Assembly: GCA_051942205.1 (NCBI GenBank)
Contig: JAVECO010000161.1
Location: forward strand, 1-55,137
From: Coniocarpon cinnabarinum
Lineage: Eukaryota
Reading direction: 5' to 3'
Length of the DNA stretch: 55,137 bases
Shown: positions 11,521 through 24,532 of the stretch, one piece after another
How the letters are laid out: each line of letters starts with the position of its first letter
Position numbering within the stretch: the first letter of the stretch is position 1
Notes under the pieces: model-generated
What the model saw: only the letters and a program-made list of their open reading frames with translations
What the model was told of the DNA's origin: nothing
Databases searched by the model: none
Position numbers and translations under genes: made by a program

Positions 11521-11845
11521 AGCCCTTGGCTGGACCAGGCTTTGGTGAGCGACGTCGCAAGACCCTTGAGATCCTGGAATATCCTGTTGCCGTAATGACC
11601 AAGGCTGCCTGGCCCTTTGCCAGGCCAGAGCTCCTTGGTGAACGGCAGTTCAGAGTCTTGAAGCCTTGAAAGGCTTTCCCCCTCGCTTAGTTCCTGTTTC
11701 CATAGTCACCAAACTTACTAGGCCCTTGGCCAGGCCAGAGCTCCTTGATGAGCAGTACTTCCAAGATCTTAAAATCCTGAAGGATCTTGTTGCCCTGACC
11801 AGCTCCTGTTACCGTAGTCGCCGAAGCTGATCAGGGCCCTTGCCT
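11521..11845 (-). repeat. Degenerate tandem repeat (three to four units of ~90-112 bp), probably the relic of a repeat-protein gene
   Basis: 'caggccagagctccttg' at 11621 and 11731. Cores at 11583-11600, 11693-11710 and 11805-11822 read G[DH]YGNR on the minus strand, differing mostly at third codon positions. Units are out of frame and include a TAA. Confidence 0.75.
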
Positions 11846-12934
11846 GTCGCCATTCTGGGACCGCAAATATTTCCTGCTCTGGGAAGCATGGCGCAAACAT
11901 GCCCTCCAGCTGAGCAAGTACTGCTAGCCGCAGGCTGGGTTGATGATAACAGCAGCGCTAGGCTCGTATCTTCCTCGATAGTACTCGGGTGCTCTCGAAA
12001 ATTGGAGCCTACAACTGATGCTGCCGGGAGTAGGTTGAGTGGAGAGAAGTGCTTAGCCTGCTATGCTGCAGGCAGCGGCGCCGTCAGTTTCGATGGCGTG
12101 ACGGCGCACTCGGTTTGCTTTGGTACAGTAGATGTCGTATAGGATGAAGCTCGAGATGCATAGTGTTGCGGTCTTGAGCAGCGACTGTCAGCAAGAGCTT
12201 GTACTGTGCTGCGAGTGTTGCGAGGAGAGACTCATACCTTGTGCTGATGTGTTGACGCAGCAAAGGGCTTCACTACAAGAAGAGGCTGTGCTAGGCATTC
12301 CACGAACGCAACGATGTGGCATCCATTTTGGTTTCAACAATCTCTTCTGGAGCATCCCAAAGCAAGACTGTAGGATGATGCAGCACGAGGAAAACGTGTA
12401 ATCTGCTAGATTGAAGTGAGGAAGAATACGAGTCTAATTTGTAGACTAGTTGGAGGGAGCAGGAAAGATGTCTGTGCCATAGTAACGGAAGGGAAGGAAA
12501 GAAGAAAGGCTGTTGCTGTTGGAAATTGCTGATGGCAACGAAGGCTTGGAAGGAGCAAATAAAATAAGGTGACTGCATGCTTATCAAGAGAAACGTGAGG
12601 GAAGTCACGTCTTGTACAGTGCAAGCTCCGAATTGTGTTGAGTATCACGCTTATTGATTCTTTTGCTGCATTTTAGCTTTTGTCGTATATTCTAGGGATT
12701 CAAATCGAACACTTCCCCATGTTGTATAACTTGGTGAACTGAGTGCCTACAGTCAAATGCTATAGTGAAGTTGCGCTACATAGCACGTAAATACTAGCGG
12801 GATCAAACGCCACCATGTTGTATGCAATTCGATCTGTATCCCAACATTAGCGCTATGCACGGATATCGCTTCGTAACAACATAATTTCTTCACAAAATGA
12901 ATCCAACGCCATATCGCTTGCGTAGCTCATAGTA

Positions 12935-14732
12935 TCAAATCTCAAATCGTTCAACCCAATGCTTTGCTACTATCCTTCCCTCGCCGAACCCGGGTCTCTG
13001 CATGCGTACTATGATTGCTGCATGGCTGTGCCCGGCCCTCTTGATGTGGACAGGATACTTCCTCCAACCCACAGCATCAAGAGAGGCTTTCATAGCGAAT
13101 TGGTCAGGTGTGAGGGCGAGGGTGGGAAACGCTTTGGGCGTGGCTGTCTGAGGGCTGGATGTGCTGGTCTTGTCGAGTGAGAGGTTGCTCTTCAGTGAAG
13201 AAGTGGCTTCTGAGAGCTTGCGCCCAGATGAAGAGGATGACGAAGGGCTGGTCTTGGATGTTGAATCATGGCTGTTGTTGGTGGCTTCTGAGTGGTCTTC
13301 ACCGTAAGCCAGACCATCATCGTCTGCTATGCTTAGGGTCGCTGTTGGCATTGCAGGTGTAGGAATGTGAGGTGTTGGTGCACTGCCGTTGGGTGTTAAT
13401 TCTGGAGATTTAGATGCCTGCGTCACCATTATACCGTTCAACTCTTCCTTTCTGGTGCGATCTGATTGATCTTGACTTTCGCGGCTAAATATTGCACCAT
13501 CCATCATTTTGCCGAGCTCATTCTGACTCTTGCTGGTTTGTTGGCTGTCTGGCAGGTATTGCTCTTGCATCTTCGGCGTCAGACCCTCCATCACTTTGTC
13601 TGCCTGTTTTTGTGCTTGCTCATGTGCTTGCTCTAACATGAGTTGGATCTTGTATCGACCCTTCTCAATGCCATCTTTGCCTTCCTCATGCTCGGATATT
13701 CGATTGGCACTTCTGAAGCTTTGTATACCAGCATTTGTGAAGAACACAGTCATGCCTATGGGGCCAAAGGTGGCGAGGAAGAAATAGAATGGAGCCTTAT
13801 TAAGCGTGTTGCGCATGATGTTGACGGTATTCTCGTACCACGTAGGATCGTCGATTTTTTTGGTCGCCATCTTTTGGGTATGAGGAGGGTCGCCGTAAGG
13901 ATGTTCGAGTAGTACGTTCTCCCAGCCCGGTACGTAATTAATCTTAATAGCGTCGAGGTCTACGAAAGGATCGGTGTCTTCTATGCAGGCCGTGTAGAAA
14001 GGTACTGCACGGTCATTGATGATGTTCGCATATAGCAAGCGATGCTTGAACGAGGACAGCGCTCGCATGAAAACACTGTTAGGATCTGCTAATATGGCTA
14101 AGATCGGTCGGCCAGTGCCTTGGAAGTCGTCTGTTGCCCATAGTTGCTGGCCGGACACTGAAAGAGTGCGAGAGCCTAGCACGTTGAACAGCTGGTTGCT
14201 CCATCCTAGAAGGGGCGTTCTGACACCAAGATGCGGGGCTGCGAAAGTCGAGAAGTTCTGCAAAGCGCGTCAGTGGTGATGACCCACATGGCGAGTGCGG
14301 AGACATACGATTGGCTCGAAGCGGTCGAAATAGCCCTTGCTATACAGCAACCCAATCGCATACCGCGCTATAAGGCCGCCGAGGGAGTATCCAACGACGC
14401 TGATCTTGGTGATATTTTTGCCCTCCTTCTCAAGGTTATCAAACTCATCCTCGATCTCTTTCGTGACGCGCTCGGCTCCTAACTCGATGCCGTCGTAGGT
14501 GAAATTCCCGACGTTTCGCTTCGCAATCAGGACATGGAGGTTTGAGCCCGAGAATTTTGCAAGGAGCGATTTCGAAAGCTGCGTCAAATGTCCGGGATTA
14601 CCCCAAAGGCTAAAATGATGGTAAGTAAAGTGTAATACGGAGCGAGCATCAGGTCGCCGCAGCTTACCCGTGTATGAAGACGCAGAAATGTGTGTCCTGC
14701 TTTGAATCTTGTTTTGAGGCGTCCTCCGACAT
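12935..14732 (-). CDS. DUF676 putative lipase/serine esterase (Rog1/Lpl1-like), 3 exons
   Basis: MSEDASKQD…HFCVFIHG|LWGNP (intron 14667..14610), nucleophile elbow GYSLGG, intron 14308..14258 to 'NFSTFAAPHLG', 'LYANIINDRAVPFYTA', C-terminal 'HSHAAIIVR'. Confidence 0.92.
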
Positions 14733-15269
14733 GTCCAGGGCAGAGTGATACTAGACAGCCGCTTGTCAAGGCAAGAGCCAACCAAGCCTGTGAGAATGCC
14801 TGCGAATATGGCGAGATCTGGATTTCGTTTGTGACGCGAGTCAAGCGCCATGACGTCTTTGTGCCTGATCAAGGGACGTGGCTTCGTATCTCCGGCTCGT
14901 AAGGCTATTAGCGTGCCTGGGATCTCGAAGTTTCATGCATTCTGCATCACACGTCCACTGTAGATCCCATCGTCACTCTTATGATGTTGCTCTTCAGCCA
15001 GCTCTTCCGACAATGTTGAGGCGAAGACTGCTTACGCTGACATGTTTCTAGAAAATTCTCGCCGGTGATGAACGGCGGCAGCGCCAATGGAGACTGATGT
15101 AGAAAGACGGCAACTGCAAAGCTCAACGTGTCGCTCATCACCTCCGAAAAGGTGATGACATTGAGCTCCGAAGCCCTCGAAATGACTTAAACAACCGTGC
15201 CTCTACTTCTCTTCGTTTTGTGTTCGTCCCGATTTCTCAGAGGCCCACAACGCAAGCGGATATTTCAAA

Positions 15270-17303
15270 ATGTTCCCGCATCAAGGTCTTTTCAATGGCA
15301 TTGCTTGCCCCGTGGGCAAGGACTGTGAGCTCCTCTATTGTCTCTTTGCCCATGAGCAAACTTCTCAAGATGGTCATGCCATGGACATTGACGAAATTTC
15401 AACTCTCGAAGTTGCCCACCCATCAAAGCGCCAGAAAGTTGGAGAAGCTGCAAATGGATCGGCTGGCGTTGAGCCCGCTCCCAGCACTGTCCAGCCTCCG
15501 CCAACTTTTGCCGCCACCAGAACAGCGACTCCACAAAAGTCTCAACAGCAATCAACGCCTAAAGTCGATGGGCAACTTCCAAAGTCATTCCTTGTACCGC
15601 ACAGACCAGCCTCCGCTTCGATCCACATGGCTGAACATCGTCCAATTTCTCCTCCACCGTCAAGGAAGCCTGAGAAAGTAGCCTCGACCACTTCTCACAA
15701 GGCTCAAGGCTTACAGATCAAGCATGCTACTGAACCTCTTAATCCACGCATGCTCGTCCAGGCGCCTGCCGCTCATCAGACGAGGACCTTGTACCTTAAA
15801 AAGCTTCACGAAGGTATAGGGGCGCTCAACGAACGAGCGAAGAAGGATTCTTCTATGCATGAAATTGTCCTGGCGCCGCAGCAGTTGGTGACTCTTGCTT
15901 TGGACGAAGAGCAGAAGATTGCCAAGGAGAATTTTTCAGTCTATGCTAACATTATCAAATTGCGTATGGTAGCATACAAGAAGATGACACTGGACGCGTG
16001 GAAGATACATTTGTTGCAATTGTGTCAAATCGTGGAGTCGGACGAGCAGAAGAAACTTCGCATGTCTGTCACAGGCGAGCGAGACCTACAGACTGGTTTG
16101 AGCGAGACTCAAGAGCGCCAGATCCTTCCTCACCTGTTTGCGAAATTGCATGGCCTCGAAGAGCATGGCTACCTGACTGGAGCCCCGAGCTCGGAAGACA
16201 TGGCTAAAGCTCAGAAGGGTGACGAGGTCGCTGACGGATGGGAGAAGTGTGCTCGCTGTCAGGCCAGGTTTCAAGTCTTCCCAGATCGCCGCCAGGAAGA
16301 TGGGGTACTGACCTCAGGCGGCAAATGCACCTACCATCCCGGGAGGATCGTAGCAGGGTATCGAGGCCGTGAGGCTGTGCACGGCTGTTGCAACGAAACC
16401 ATCGGCAAGACTGTGGGGTGCGATTACCATCCGTGCCATGTGTTCAAGGTCGAGAGTCCCAACCGTCTGTCTTTGGTTATGGAGTACGAGCATACGCCTG
16501 ACAACTGTCATGTCGCAAATGACGTCGCCATATCGCTCGATTGCGAAATGGGCTACACCACTCGCGGATTCGAACTCATTCGTCTCACGGCGCTGTCCTG
16601 GCCAAGAGGCGAAAAGATATTGGACGTACTCGTTCGACCATTTGGATATGTGCTTGACCTCAACACAAGGTTTTCCGGAGTGAATGTTCAACAATTTCAA
16701 GAAGCCACGCCTTATGATTCCCATGCCAACGCCGACTCTTTGCAAATCGTTGGATCGCCTATTGAAGCCCGTAAGCTCTTCTTTGAGAAGATCAATCCAT
16801 CAACACCGCTCATTGGCCATGGCTTGGACAACGACTTGGCCGCGCTCCGAATCATACATCCTTGCATTGTCGATACTGCGCTTCTCTGCCCACACGCACG
16901 TGGCTTGCCCTATCGTCGAGCTCTGAAGCAGTTGGCTCGAGAATACATATTTCGCACCATCCAAAACGCTGGGCTTGCGGGCCATGACTCGGCAGAGGAC
17001 GCAAAGGCTGCGGGAGACATCGTTCTGGAGCTCGTCAAGCGAAAGTGGCGCAAGATGAAGGAAAATGGCTGGAAGGCAGAAGATGGAAAGCTTGTTCCTC
17101 CCAAGATGGCTCCGCCCAAACCAAATGGGGATGCTTTGAAACACGATCAGGCTCGGAGCTACAACCAGACGCTCAAGAATGATGAAGCAGCCCTCATGGA
17201 GGATCAACGCACCCTCCTCGGGAATCTTGGCCACAAGCGATCCAGAGAGGATATGGATGACGGTGATCGCGAGGCAAACATGGTGGAACTTGATTACGAT
17301 TGA
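15270..17303 (+). CDS. REX3: DEDDh RNA exonuclease 3
   Basis: ExoI 'LDCEMGYT', ExoII 'IGHGLDNDL', ExoIII 'GHDSAEDA', upstream Cys/His motifs 'CARC…CTYHPG…GCC'. N-terminal 'CPVGKDCELLYCLFAH'. Confidence 0.93.
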   Translation: MFPHQGLFNGIACPVGKDCELLYCLFAHEQTSQDGHAMDIDEISTLEVAHPSKRQKVGEAANGSAGVEPAPSTVQPPPTFAATRTATPQKSQQQSTPKVDGQLPKSFLVPHRPASASIHMAEHRPISPPPSRKPEKVASTTSHKAQGLQIKHATEPLNPRMLVQAPAAHQTRTLYLKKLHEGIGALNERAKKDSSMHEIVLAPQQLVTLALDEEQKIAKENFSVYANIIKLRMVAYKKMTLDAWKIHLLQLCQIVESDEQKKLRMSVTGERDLQTGLSETQERQILPHLFAKLHGLEEHGYLTGAPSSEDMAKAQKGDEVADGWEKCARCQARFQVFPDRRQEDGVLTSGGKCTYHPGRIVAGYRGREAVHGCCNETIGKTVGCDYHPCHVFKVESPNRLSLVMEYEHTPDNCHVANDVAISLDCEMGYTTRGFELIRLTALSWPRGEKILDVLVRPFGYVLDLNTRFSGVNVQQFQEATPYDSHANADSLQIVGSPIEARKLFFEKINPSTPLIGHGLDNDLAALRIIHPCIVDTALLCPHARGLPYRRALKQLAREYIFRTIQNAGLAGHDSAEDAKAAGDIVLELVKRKWRKMKENGWKAEDGKLVPPKMAPPKPNGDALKHDQARSYNQTLKNDEAALMEDQRTLLGNLGHKRSREDMDDGDREANMVELDYD

Positions 17304-17978
17304 ACGATCACGCCACGCTTGCGGATGGCAAGGACTCCAGGAAGCATGCTCAACGTATGATTACAAGGATTCGATTGTACGATAATACATATTTCTCTTG
17401 CAGCGCATGAACGACGCTAGCCAATCACTTGTACTAGTATTACCTCTAGCATTGGCTCCCATGAGTTACGAAGACTGAAAGGATCTTTGCATTTTTTTAC
17501 TGATTCAAATGAGTATTTCGTAACTTCGATTCCCAACTGTGATGGGGTTGACTTGCTGGATCATGAAAGTACTGTTGAGCTGCTGTCGCGTGACTTTAAA
17601 CAAATCGGTAAGGTAAGTAAGGCGAAAGAGTTTTGACGCTCAGCCATTGCGAATTCTGTCATTTAAAATAGCAGTCCCTCCACTTGGCGTGTCTTCTGAC
17701 GCATGCTCTCCATGGACGACTTGGTATTTGACTGTCGCTCATCCGAACAATATCAAGCATAAACACGTCCGTTAAGGAGCGTGCTAATCTAGCTATCACA
17801 CATTTGCCACCTTTCATTGAGGTGCCGAAGGTGTTTCATATCAAGATGGAACATTGTGCCATTACCTGCATTGCCGTATTATTCCGACGCACACTCTATG
17901 TAAAACGCATGTTGGGGGGTTTGCGGAGTCAGAGCATGAGCAAGGACAGCGGAGGATGAAGGGGAGTGCTGTGAAGGA

Positions 17979-19957
17979 ATGGCGGATGGCGATTCATCCC
18001 CCCCACTACTGAGTCGAGCACCTTTGCAAATGGTTTCGCTTCCCAAAGCAATCGATGTCTTGATTGCATCTGGCAGACACAGCAGCTCGCCATGTATCAC
18101 ATGTGAGCTCCACTACGGCCGGCTCTCAGACTGGCGAAGAGCTCAAGACTCACTTGATCCTTGGTGATCAACCTCATCAGCAATCAAACGAGCAATACCG
18201 ACTCAAGCGTCGAACAAAGTCGACCTGGATCGTCGCCTGCTTTGTTGTTTTATTACTACTTCCCTGGTCGTTGACGGCTGCTATCAACCTCCGTCCGATC
18301 GGCGGCGGATCGTATATTATGACCAAGCAGGCACCTTTCATCCCTCTCAATTCGATGGAAATGTTCAGATCATTGGCCTCATCAACATTTTGAATGCCAT
18401 TGCTGCAGGCATCACTATTTCAATCATTGATGGTGTACTACCGCAGGCGGCGGTTGCTTTCACTCAACGAAGGAGCCGGTATCAGGCGCCGAACCTATGC
18501 CAGACCTTGGCTTTGGCCGACCGAGGATGGAAAGATTTTGGACTGTGGTCTAGATTCTTATGGTATAGGAAAGTCACAATATCCAGCCGGCTGGTGCTGT
18601 ACGCGACTGTTCTCGTGATCATTGGTATGTGCTCCCCTTTGCTGGCACTGCCCTTAGTACCGCGTCTCCTAGCCAAGTTAGGTTTTCGATTCTCGCTCGT
18701 GTGTCGTGTCCTATCATCATAATTGACGCTTTGCAGTACAGATGGCGTGAGTCAGCCGCTCCAGCAGTATCTCGTTAGATCAGAGCCTTTGCAAACGGTC
18801 ACTTGTGAAGATATTCCTGGCGCCACGGGCTTTGCACAATGCAAACAGATTCCGATCAATTCCCATATGTCTGAGCTCGTAAAGACGGCGGTACCATTTG
18901 CAAGAGAGCCAGATCTGCAAGAGATCGCCAGGTGTATCAGGGTCAAGTCATCCAGCAGATCCTTGGTGACCTGCGCGTCAGCACGCCTGGTGACACAGTG
19001 CCCCAGATGTGGAATTTTGGTGGCTTCGTCACCCTAGATGTAGGTCCAGGATTAGTTAAAGACATTGCCTTGCCCGGAAACGAGTCTGACACGGACTGAT
19101 GGCTGTCGATGTTGCCTAACGCAACAAGCACTGGAGTCATATCAGCACGCGTTACGTCTCAATTCAACAGTTGAATGCACTCCCTTGGACAAAGAGGATC
19201 TTCCTCCTTGTTCCGATGGTCATTCGATACAATGGGATTTTCATCAGACAATGTCTCGGGCGTCGCTTTGGCGGTCAATTTATGCGTCCCAAAGGAATGG
19301 GATAGATCTCCGTGGCAGCTTGTGAGAAGCGCCCAACAAATCTCTGAAATGGTCTACGTGGATGTCAATGCGAGCGCTACCAGAAACGCATCGAGCTTTA
19401 CCTTCTCTTGTGCGTCGAAAACAACGGTAGGTTACTTCGAGCTTCCGAATTTAAAGAATGGAAATCCACCGCAGCCATTGCTCAGTGACCAGCCACCTGA
19501 AGGGCTGTTCAACGACTGTCAACACGGGGCACGTGTTTGGAATGAGAGGTGAGTTATAATGCAACGACACACTGTTGACGCTGACGGGAGCAAAAACCTT
19601 ATGCCCGCTCCGTCGCAGGACGTGCGGACTCCACCAGACTGAGCGGGCACACCGTCGCCGGGTTCTCTCACGCTCATCTTCTTACAGATTATTGGGCTAG
19701 TTGCGCTGCTCCTTTACATTGGTTCCAACCCGACTTGGACTAGTAAATTGGATGCAGGCGCCATGTTCGCCCTGAGCAGTAGCTTCAACCGTGATGTGGA
19801 CATCTTGTCAGACACGTCCAAGATGACAATGGCTCAACTTGCGCGGCATGACGGGCTCATCGGCTTGCCAGATGCAAGCGAGAAAATGAGCAACAAGTCA
19901 CGGCCAGTCCTAGGAGGTCCTCGGACGTGGACTAAGGAGAAATATAGATCCCTCTGA
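17979..19957 (+). pseudogene. Frameshifted relic of a multi-pass fungal membrane protein of unknown function
   Basis: Protein-like segments ('LNAIAAGITISIIDGVLPQAAVAFTQRR', 'LALADRGW', 'TSTGV/QHALRLNSTVEC', 'SPWQLVRSAQQISE', 'TTVGYFELPN', 'PTWTSKLDAGAM') lie in different frames with no intron between them. In-frame TGA at 19097-19099. Confidence 0.7.
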
Positions 19958-20747
19958 CGCGGATTGTAGTTGGATGAGGACCACCTACTCGTCTACATCA
20001 CTTGCTTTTCGGGTGTCCTTGAATTTCAAGTCAAGAATTGCTGAGTCAGAAATGGCCTGTTCAAAGATGAGGAAGCCACAAATCGCTCGTGCAAATTCAC
20101 CGCTAAGCTTGGCTGTGCATAACGTGCACAGCATCGAGTTTGTTCTGCCTCCGTAAGCTGCACACTGAAGTGTCCCTTAAAGAACTCTAAAAGAACTCCT
20201 AAACTTGCTCTTGATGTCTGCACATTCAACATGCGATGGCTCGCATTGCACAGTCAATCCCTATTACCGTGGAAAGCCAGTGAACGTCTTGTGCAGATAA
20301 TGAGTACGGTTGTCAGGGAGAGGAGGCTGAATAAGTCTCAACATCACGTGACGTCTTTTCTAAGACAGCGCTCCTAATTTTGGGGTGGTGAGAAGCCAAG
20401 GCTGTACTAGTCAGACAGGATGATTTGCGAACTTTGAGGGAAGGAAACTCACCACCAGATGCAAATACGAAGCACTTTCTCTGGTCTGACATTCAAAATT
20501 CTATCAATACACCAACCTCGTGCCGGGTCAAGAATCTCAACGACCTCTGTAGACATGCTTTTCACGTCCTAACATTAAGATGACTACGCGCATCAAAAAA
20601 GGTCGGCACGCAATATCACCAAACCAGATGAAACGGAGACTTTAGCAACCTGGCATGTACGCGCAAGCACCCAGGTCCTGTACAGTCATACTCGCCAAAG
20701 CCTGAGCTCAGCCTCTATCCAGAACATCGCGCGCTTCCACACCAACA

Positions 20748-21944
20748 ATGCCCCCTGCAAGATCACCAAGGAAGACCAACCCCATCTCAATAGTGCTCGC
20801 GGCAATACTATTCATTGGCTTTAGCCTTTTCATATTCGGTGGATCCAGCGAATCAGAAAGCACGCCGCCGCCTCGCAGTAGCAACAGACAATTACTAGGA
20901 TCGAAAGATGCCGCCTCGAACTTTCTGTCACCACCCTCTTTACCGTTTCGCAAGCCTAAGAAGCCCCTCGAAAAGCAGCCACCTCCTCCTGTCGTTCATT
21001 ACCATCTTAACAACATCACCACATCCTCTGACCCGGTAGCACAGCGCGAGACTGTACTCATTCTGACGCCGCTGTCGAGATATTACGATGGATACATTGA
21101 TAACCTAATGAAGCTCACGTACCCTCACGAACTCATCAGCATCGGATTCATAATACCCAAAGATAAGGAAGGCCACGCGGCGACAAAGCAGTTGCAAGAG
21201 CGGATTGCGCAGATACAGCAGGGCAAGGAGTCGCATCGGTTTGCCAGTATCACGATCCTGCGACAGGACTTCGAAATGACTATTGGCCAGAATGAGAAGG
21301 ATAGACATGGCATGGCCGTTCAGAAAATACGAAGAGCCGGCATGGCGCGTGCGAGGAATTCATTGCTGTTCACCACACTGGGTCCAACCACCTCGTGGGT
21401 GCTTTGGCTGGATGCAGATATCGTGGAAACACCGTCCACGTTGATACAAGATCTTGCGCGACACGACAAGCCTATTATCGTACCGAACTGCTATCAGAGG
21501 TTTTACAACAATGACAAGAAGTCTATGGACACTCGGCCGTATGACTACAACAGCTGGATAGACAGCGACCAAGCGCGGAAACTGGGGAGCGAGATGGAGA
21601 AGGACGACATCTTACTAGAAGGATATGCGGAGATGGCCACTTATCGATTTCTCATGGCGGGCATGTACGACGCGCGAAATCCTGGAGATACCCATACCGA
21701 AGTTCAGCTGGACGGTGTTGGTGGAACAGCGCTGCTGGTCAAAGCGGATGTGCATCGAGACGGTGCCATGTTCCCACCATTCGCATTTTATCATCTGATT
21801 GAGACAGAGGGTTTTGCGAAGATGGCATCGAGGCTTGGATGGAAGAGCTGGGGTTTGCCAAATTATTTCGTACGGTGACTCCTGAATCAACGTACTGATT
21901 GTGGAAGCTAACAATCGTTTCAGGTCTACCACTACAATGAGTAG
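20748..21944 (+). CDS. MNN9: Mannan polymerase subunit Mnn9 (Anp1 family, GT62), 2 exons
   Basis: Type II N-terminal TM, 'VLILTPL', DxD motif 'WVLWLDADIVETP', 'LDGVGGTALLVKADVHRDGAMFP', 'IETEGFAKMA'. Intron 21870..21923 adds VYHYNE*. Confidence 0.95.
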
Positions 21945-22606
21945 ATGGAGTCGCCTTATTTGTTGTCGACCAAGAAAAGCGCATACTTCCTAGCATGAAC
22001 CATTGCAAGGCGCTTGGAGGATCATGTATGAGCATTGTTTGAATATCTGGATGAAATGAACTAAACTCCGTGAATGACCAACAGGTCATCGAATCCTGAT
22101 ATTCTTGTGCATGTATATCTGTTTCTCTAACCTGAGAACATCTTAGGTACTTATCAATCTAGCCCAGACAGAAGGGCTTCAGCTGTCATCATGTCCAGCA
22201 AAAGTTTCGAAGCATACTACAGCCGACCCGTGCGCAATGCTGTACACAACATTTCCATTCGAGCGAAACACACTGTCCACTCAAACATGGTTCATCATGC
22301 TCTTGCTCTAGAGATAGCGACTTGGAAGGGCCACAGGTCACAGCTATGCACAGCAGCCAAGCTTTTCAGGAACATAGAAGCGTCCCCACATATCGTGCCG
22401 ATCTTAAAGCTTCTTGACAGCCTTGCGTCACAGCTTCAACGGAGCTCTTCCATGGATGAAGTTAAGTCTCTAGCTCCACAAGCTTCATTTGCCTTGAGAG
22501 GCACGAGAGGACATCTCCAAATATCGGGACTTCTCTTCATCTGACCTGGGACTTCGGCATACGATCTGGTCAGAACCTTTGTACAATATTCTGAAGACCT
22601 CAAGCT

Positions 22607-23805
22607 ATGGGTTTCGAAACCACCATCAACTTCACCCTCGACACGATTTGCCCATGGACCTACATCGCGAAGAAGCGTCTCGACGAGGCGCGTGTGCAAC
22701 TGAAGCAATCTCACCCAGATGTATAGTCCTCTATCTTCTGCAATTGATCCTCAAAATTTTGCTCTTTCGACTTCTGTACTTCGTTGTCTCCCCCGCGTCT
22801 TGCATTATCTTTCATATGCTTACCTGCTTGGCTTAAATTGCGCTGATCTGACTGTTGTCAGGTGACGTTTCATCTTCATATCCATCCGTATCAACTCCAC
22901 CCTGATGCGCCTGCAGAAGGCGAAGATAAATATGAATGGTACTGCCGGCCCCTTCCTCCTCTCTATACCTTGTCTGCATAGATGTCCCCGCCGATTCTTT
23001 CCGAGTCTCTGAATTCACTCCATGATATCGCACTCTTCGTGCGAGGCCCATTTAGCAACATTCCATACTAGACTGCTGTGGCGATTAGTCCGCGCAACAA
23101 ATGCTGATGACATTATGTAGGTATCTTAAGAACAAATACAACAACTCAGAGGAGCAAATGCAAAAATACACGACGTATATGACCGCTCTCGGTCTGGGAT
23201 CTGGCATCCATTTCAAGTTCACAGGCACAATTGCCTCGACATTGCATGCGCATCGAGCTATTCAATTCGTGCAGGAGGAGTATGGACAAGACGCCGCCGA
23301 GCGCGTTGTTGATTGTGACTCTTCCCTCCCTTTCCACTCCCTCTCTGCCTTCTCTCTTTTCGCACTTCATACTCGTCGTGCTCTTGTGTATGCACAAGCA
23401 CCCAACGCGTCCTTGCACAGCCATACACTTCCCTACTTGCGTCCCCTCGCATCTCATACGTCTCTACCCACCGTCTCACTAGCTTCATCAGAACTCAGAC
23501 TCACGCACACAGCGTTATACACCCAATACTTCACACAAGAAGCCCCACCATCCTCCCGAGAAACCCTACTTGCCGCGCTCAACTCTGCAAACATCACACA
23601 AGACGTAGCAACCCGCCTCATCGACGACGAAAACGAAGGATTGAGAGACGTACAACGGAAGATTCAAGAACAAAAGATGAATGGCGTCGATGCTGTGCCT
23701 TTTATTGTGATTGAAGGGCGGCGACGGGATTACACGCTTGAAGGAGCGAAGGACGTTAGCGAGTATGTTGCTGCGCTGGAGAAGTGTGTGAAGGAGTCTA
23801 TGTAG
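22607..23805 (+). CDS. DsbA/FrnE-like thioredoxin-fold protein, 4 exons
   Basis: MGFETTINFTLDTICPWTYIAKKRL, 'PYQLHPD', 'TLHAHRAIQ', 'NGVDAVPF', 'TLEGAK'. Introns ~22721..22861, ~22939..23120 and 23315..23512. Confidence 0.9.
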
Positions 23806-24532
23806 GACAATTTGGGTTTCGGGAGGAGCTTCCGTGGTTCGTATAGCATGTGAGATCCAAGGCTGGATTTTAGTTTCTTGTGGGCTTGATAGTGGACTGG
23901 ATGCGAGGATGCCTGTGATGATGAAGATTGCGTTCATGATGGTGATGAGTTTTTATCATGGCTAAGTCATGCGATGAGTACCAGCGACATCTCGACGCGC
24001 GGCCAGTGGTGCGCAGTGACAATGAATGAACCTACATTGCATTTGCCACACGCATGGTAAGTATAATAGCTTCTGCCGGCGTGACTATACTGCCGCAAGC
24101 AATGCAGACGACGATCATCGCCATGACGTTGGATGTATCTGCTGCGCTAGGAGTGTCAAGGCATTGACGCGTATTGACAGGTAGCGACACGCGTAAGCAT
24201 CAATAGATAACGGGTGACGAAGTGTTAGATTGAGTACCGGGCGGTATATACTGGTTTCGATCTATCAATGAAGGACTCGAACACTGATGCAACTGCTACG
24301 ATACATCGAATGCCTTGACCGCGTCATCAACAGCTGAGTCCACTATAGCTTTTGCATCTCTGGACCAATGTAAACAAGAACCTCTGCCATTCGGCTCAAC
24401 TAGTGATCTAGCCACTAGTCCGGCACCGTCAACATCACCCCAACATCTCCATCTCAATCTTCGCCCAACTAATCCACACTCCTTGACCCATCCCCAAAAC
24501 ACTTCAAGATCCCGCACTCACCACACAACTCC

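Noticed and set aside
11521..11845. Repeat-spacer-like appearance suggesting a CRISPR array
   Set aside because: Eukaryotic context, degenerate units, and the 'spacers' are homologous to each other.
15134..15139. PAC-like CTCATC upstream of REX3 and RRPE-like AATTTT upstream of NOC2
   Set aside because: Only partial hexamer matches, too weak to call.
19097..19099. Premature TGA as a possible A-to-I editing or readthrough site (also 29727-29729)
   Set aside because: Both genes also carry frameshifts that editing or readthrough cannot repair. Pseudogenisation is simpler.
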